From assembly GCF_022045235.1 (NCBI RefSeq), contig NW_027266277.1:12338001-12402000 (forward strand): a stretch of DNA of 64,000 nucleotides. Reading direction: 5' to 3'. Both the position numbers and the translations under genes were made by a program. Numbering within the stretch: the stretch's first letter is position 1; each line of letters opens with the position of its first letter. The notes under the pieces are model-generated. The model was not told the DNA's origin, ran no database searches, and worked only from the letters and a program-made list of their open reading frames with translations. This DNA comes from Haliotis cracherodii. Lineage: Eukaryota. Of this stretch, positions 62,056 through 64,000 are shown one piece after another.

Positions 62056-62696
62056 GGCTCACAGCACTACTGAAACTGGGAGGTTAGTCAACAGCAAGTC
62101 ACCGGCTTCACGTGTAAGGGGTGTCAACCAAGCGAGAAACAAGGCAACATATTTCTGCGAGTTAACTCCAGGGGACATCATTTCAAAATCGCCAAATTAA
62201 GCCCTTGCTTTATAAAATTGGACCATATCCCTGCGTTAACCTGAAACGGCTGTTGCCTTTGCCAGCGTTCACAGGCGGGATCATATTGAAAGTCTGCTTC
62301 AATAATCTTGAATGTGTCTTAAAATGCAATAAAATGCCTTTATTGCCAGGTCGTTATTTATAAGATAATATTTTAATGTTCAAGATTTAAAAGGCACAGT
62401 TCTCGGCTGCTTCCGTTGTCATGTTCGGCTGTTTCCGTAATCTATATCCGATAATCTGGTTCAACATATAAGGGAAGAATGCAAAAAGATGAAAAAAATT
62501 TTACCAGTTGAACGAGATCCGAGGCTCTGATTCAACGTATACCAGGGAGCAGAAAAAAATCGACAACTGTTTTGTGTTTGACTCACTCATGCAAAATATT
62601 CAACTAAATGCACAAATACATGTACATAGTGTTTGTTGTGCGATGTTCAAGGTCTTATCTGCGGAAGCTTTTAGGGCCATTTGTTTTTTCTTTGTT

Positions 62697-62856
62697 TTCT
62701 TGAACTTTCAAGATACTAAGTTGAAATTTCAAGATACTGTGAACATATGTATCTTGAAATTTCATCGTAGCATCTTGATATTTCAAATTAGCGTCTTGCA
62801 ATTTCAAGCCAGTATCATAAAATTTCAACTTGGTATCTTGAAATTTCAACTGAACA
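62697..62856. repeat. Degenerate ~22-bp repeat (ATCTTGAAATTTCAA core)
   Basis: Palindromic TTGAAATTTCAA recurs several times. Confidence 0.75.
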
Positions 62857-62989
62857 TAATAGGTCTTCAGCAACCCATGCTTGCCGTAAAAGGCGACTAT
62901 GCCTGCGTAGGAGGCGACTAACAGGATCGAGTGGTCAGGCTCGCTGACTTGGTTGAGTGCGGAGTTAAACAACAAACGAACAAACAAAC
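62857..62989 (+). mobile_element. Retroposon family B, internally deleted
   Basis: 5' part joined directly to tail. Confidence 0.85.
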
Positions 62990-63591
62990 TGCTACCATGG
63001 GTGGTTTTGAGTGAACATATGGATCTGACACTTCGTCTTTGCAGTATTGCAATACTTAGAGAGGCGACGTAAAATATCACACACTTGGCCGGCGGCAGTC
63101 AGGCCGTAATACGACAGATCGGAGTCCTTAACCAAGCTCATCACGACATTAAACAAAAGTGACTATTTGCGCAAAGATGTCCATCTGCTGAAACCCCTTT
63201 CGCAACATCCTTAGAACACTTCTTTTAGTTTTGTCGCACCCTTGTTAATATGTTTTATTGGTTAACCGGGTTAAACAAATTGAATTCAGTCAGTGAAATA
63301 AAACAGGAAAACAGGAAAACAGGAAAACAAATAAATAACGCAAGGGATTTCCATCTTTTACTGCTTCACTTTAACATAGCAACTGCCCTCATTTCATACA
63401 GCACTACAGCACTGCATACTTTAAAAGTTAAATATAACTTAACATGGCAAAATAAGCTCTCTCCTAGAAGACCGAATGAGAAAACAAAATTTAATCATTC
63501 TTAAACTAAACTCAATGTTGTGCTTATCGTTGGTATTGAATTAATTAGATGATATATTAACATGTGCTTTTAGTATACATTGACATTTGTC

Positions 63592-63719
63592 GGGGGTGGT
63601 CGGGTAGCCTAGTGGTTAAAGCTTTCGCTTTTTCCCCGAAGACCCGGGTTCGATTCCCCACATTGGTACAGTGCGTGAAGCCGTGATATTGCTGGCGTGA
63701 ACACATCGTTACACACTCA
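63592..63719 (+). mobile_element. SINE family A, internally deleted
   Basis: A/B boxes intact. Confidence 0.85.
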
Positions 63720-63910
63720 TCGAGACTTTGCTGTCTTTGAAAACATGCATTGCCTTCAGATATTTATTTACATTTCGTAAACTTTTCTTTTATTGTTGTA
63801 AGGAATCTTAATTATAGTTTTCCTCTACTTTGTTTCTGATGATTTTCTTGTCATAAAGTTAACCTGTTAAGATAGCTGGGAAAGAGTAGAAGCGCCTTAC
63901 AGTATCTCGC

Positions 63911-64000
63911 CCACGTGAAGATCCCGGTTTGAATAGGCCTTCAGCAACCCATTCTTGTCGTAAGAGACGACTAACTGGATTGGGTGGCCAGGTTCGCTGA
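63911..64000 (+). mobile_element. Retroposon family B, cut by window end
   Basis: CGTGAAGATCC...GTCGTAAGAGACGACTAA. Confidence 0.85.

Noticed and set aside
7320-63719. tRNA-like sequences with A/B boxes as tRNA genes
   Set aside because: They are SINE heads followed by body, tandem tail and TSD; no clean cloverleaf or T-run terminator.
1-64000. Conserved microRNAs, rRNA, snRNA, transposase or RT ORFs
   Set aside because: None recognised by eye; an Rfam/MirGeneDB/tBLASTn search is needed to exclude them.

Overview
Animal (eukaryotic) genomic DNA, AT-rich, with two N gaps. The tRNA-derived SINEs with (CACT)n tails suggest a gastropod mollusc, possibly abalone; this is inferred from recalled repeat families, not proven. 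The window has three parts. (1) Left end: the promoter and 37-nt first coding exon (MRSKSKARKLPN, minus strand, 3946-3982) of a Prdm3/16 (MECOM/PRDM16/hamlet) gene. The ORF track misses it. It lies in a SINE-free ~7.3 kb zone, and the CpG-depleted gene body runs off the left edge. (2) About 50 kb of upstream gene desert with enhancer-like unique blocks, roughly 50 copies of four short retroposon families that share one 3' tail, MITEs and minisatellites. (3) Right end: a minus-strand spliced gene (35-nt coding micro-exon at 62021-62055 plus a >3.2 kb exon) for a basic, low-complexity protein. It has an N-terminal signal-anchor, 18 x 20-aa repeats and Gly/His hexapeptide repeats. As assembled it carries an in-frame TAG at codon 33 and a probable 1-bp frameshift near its 3' end. 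Nearly all other ORF-track entries are repeat or shadow artefacts.
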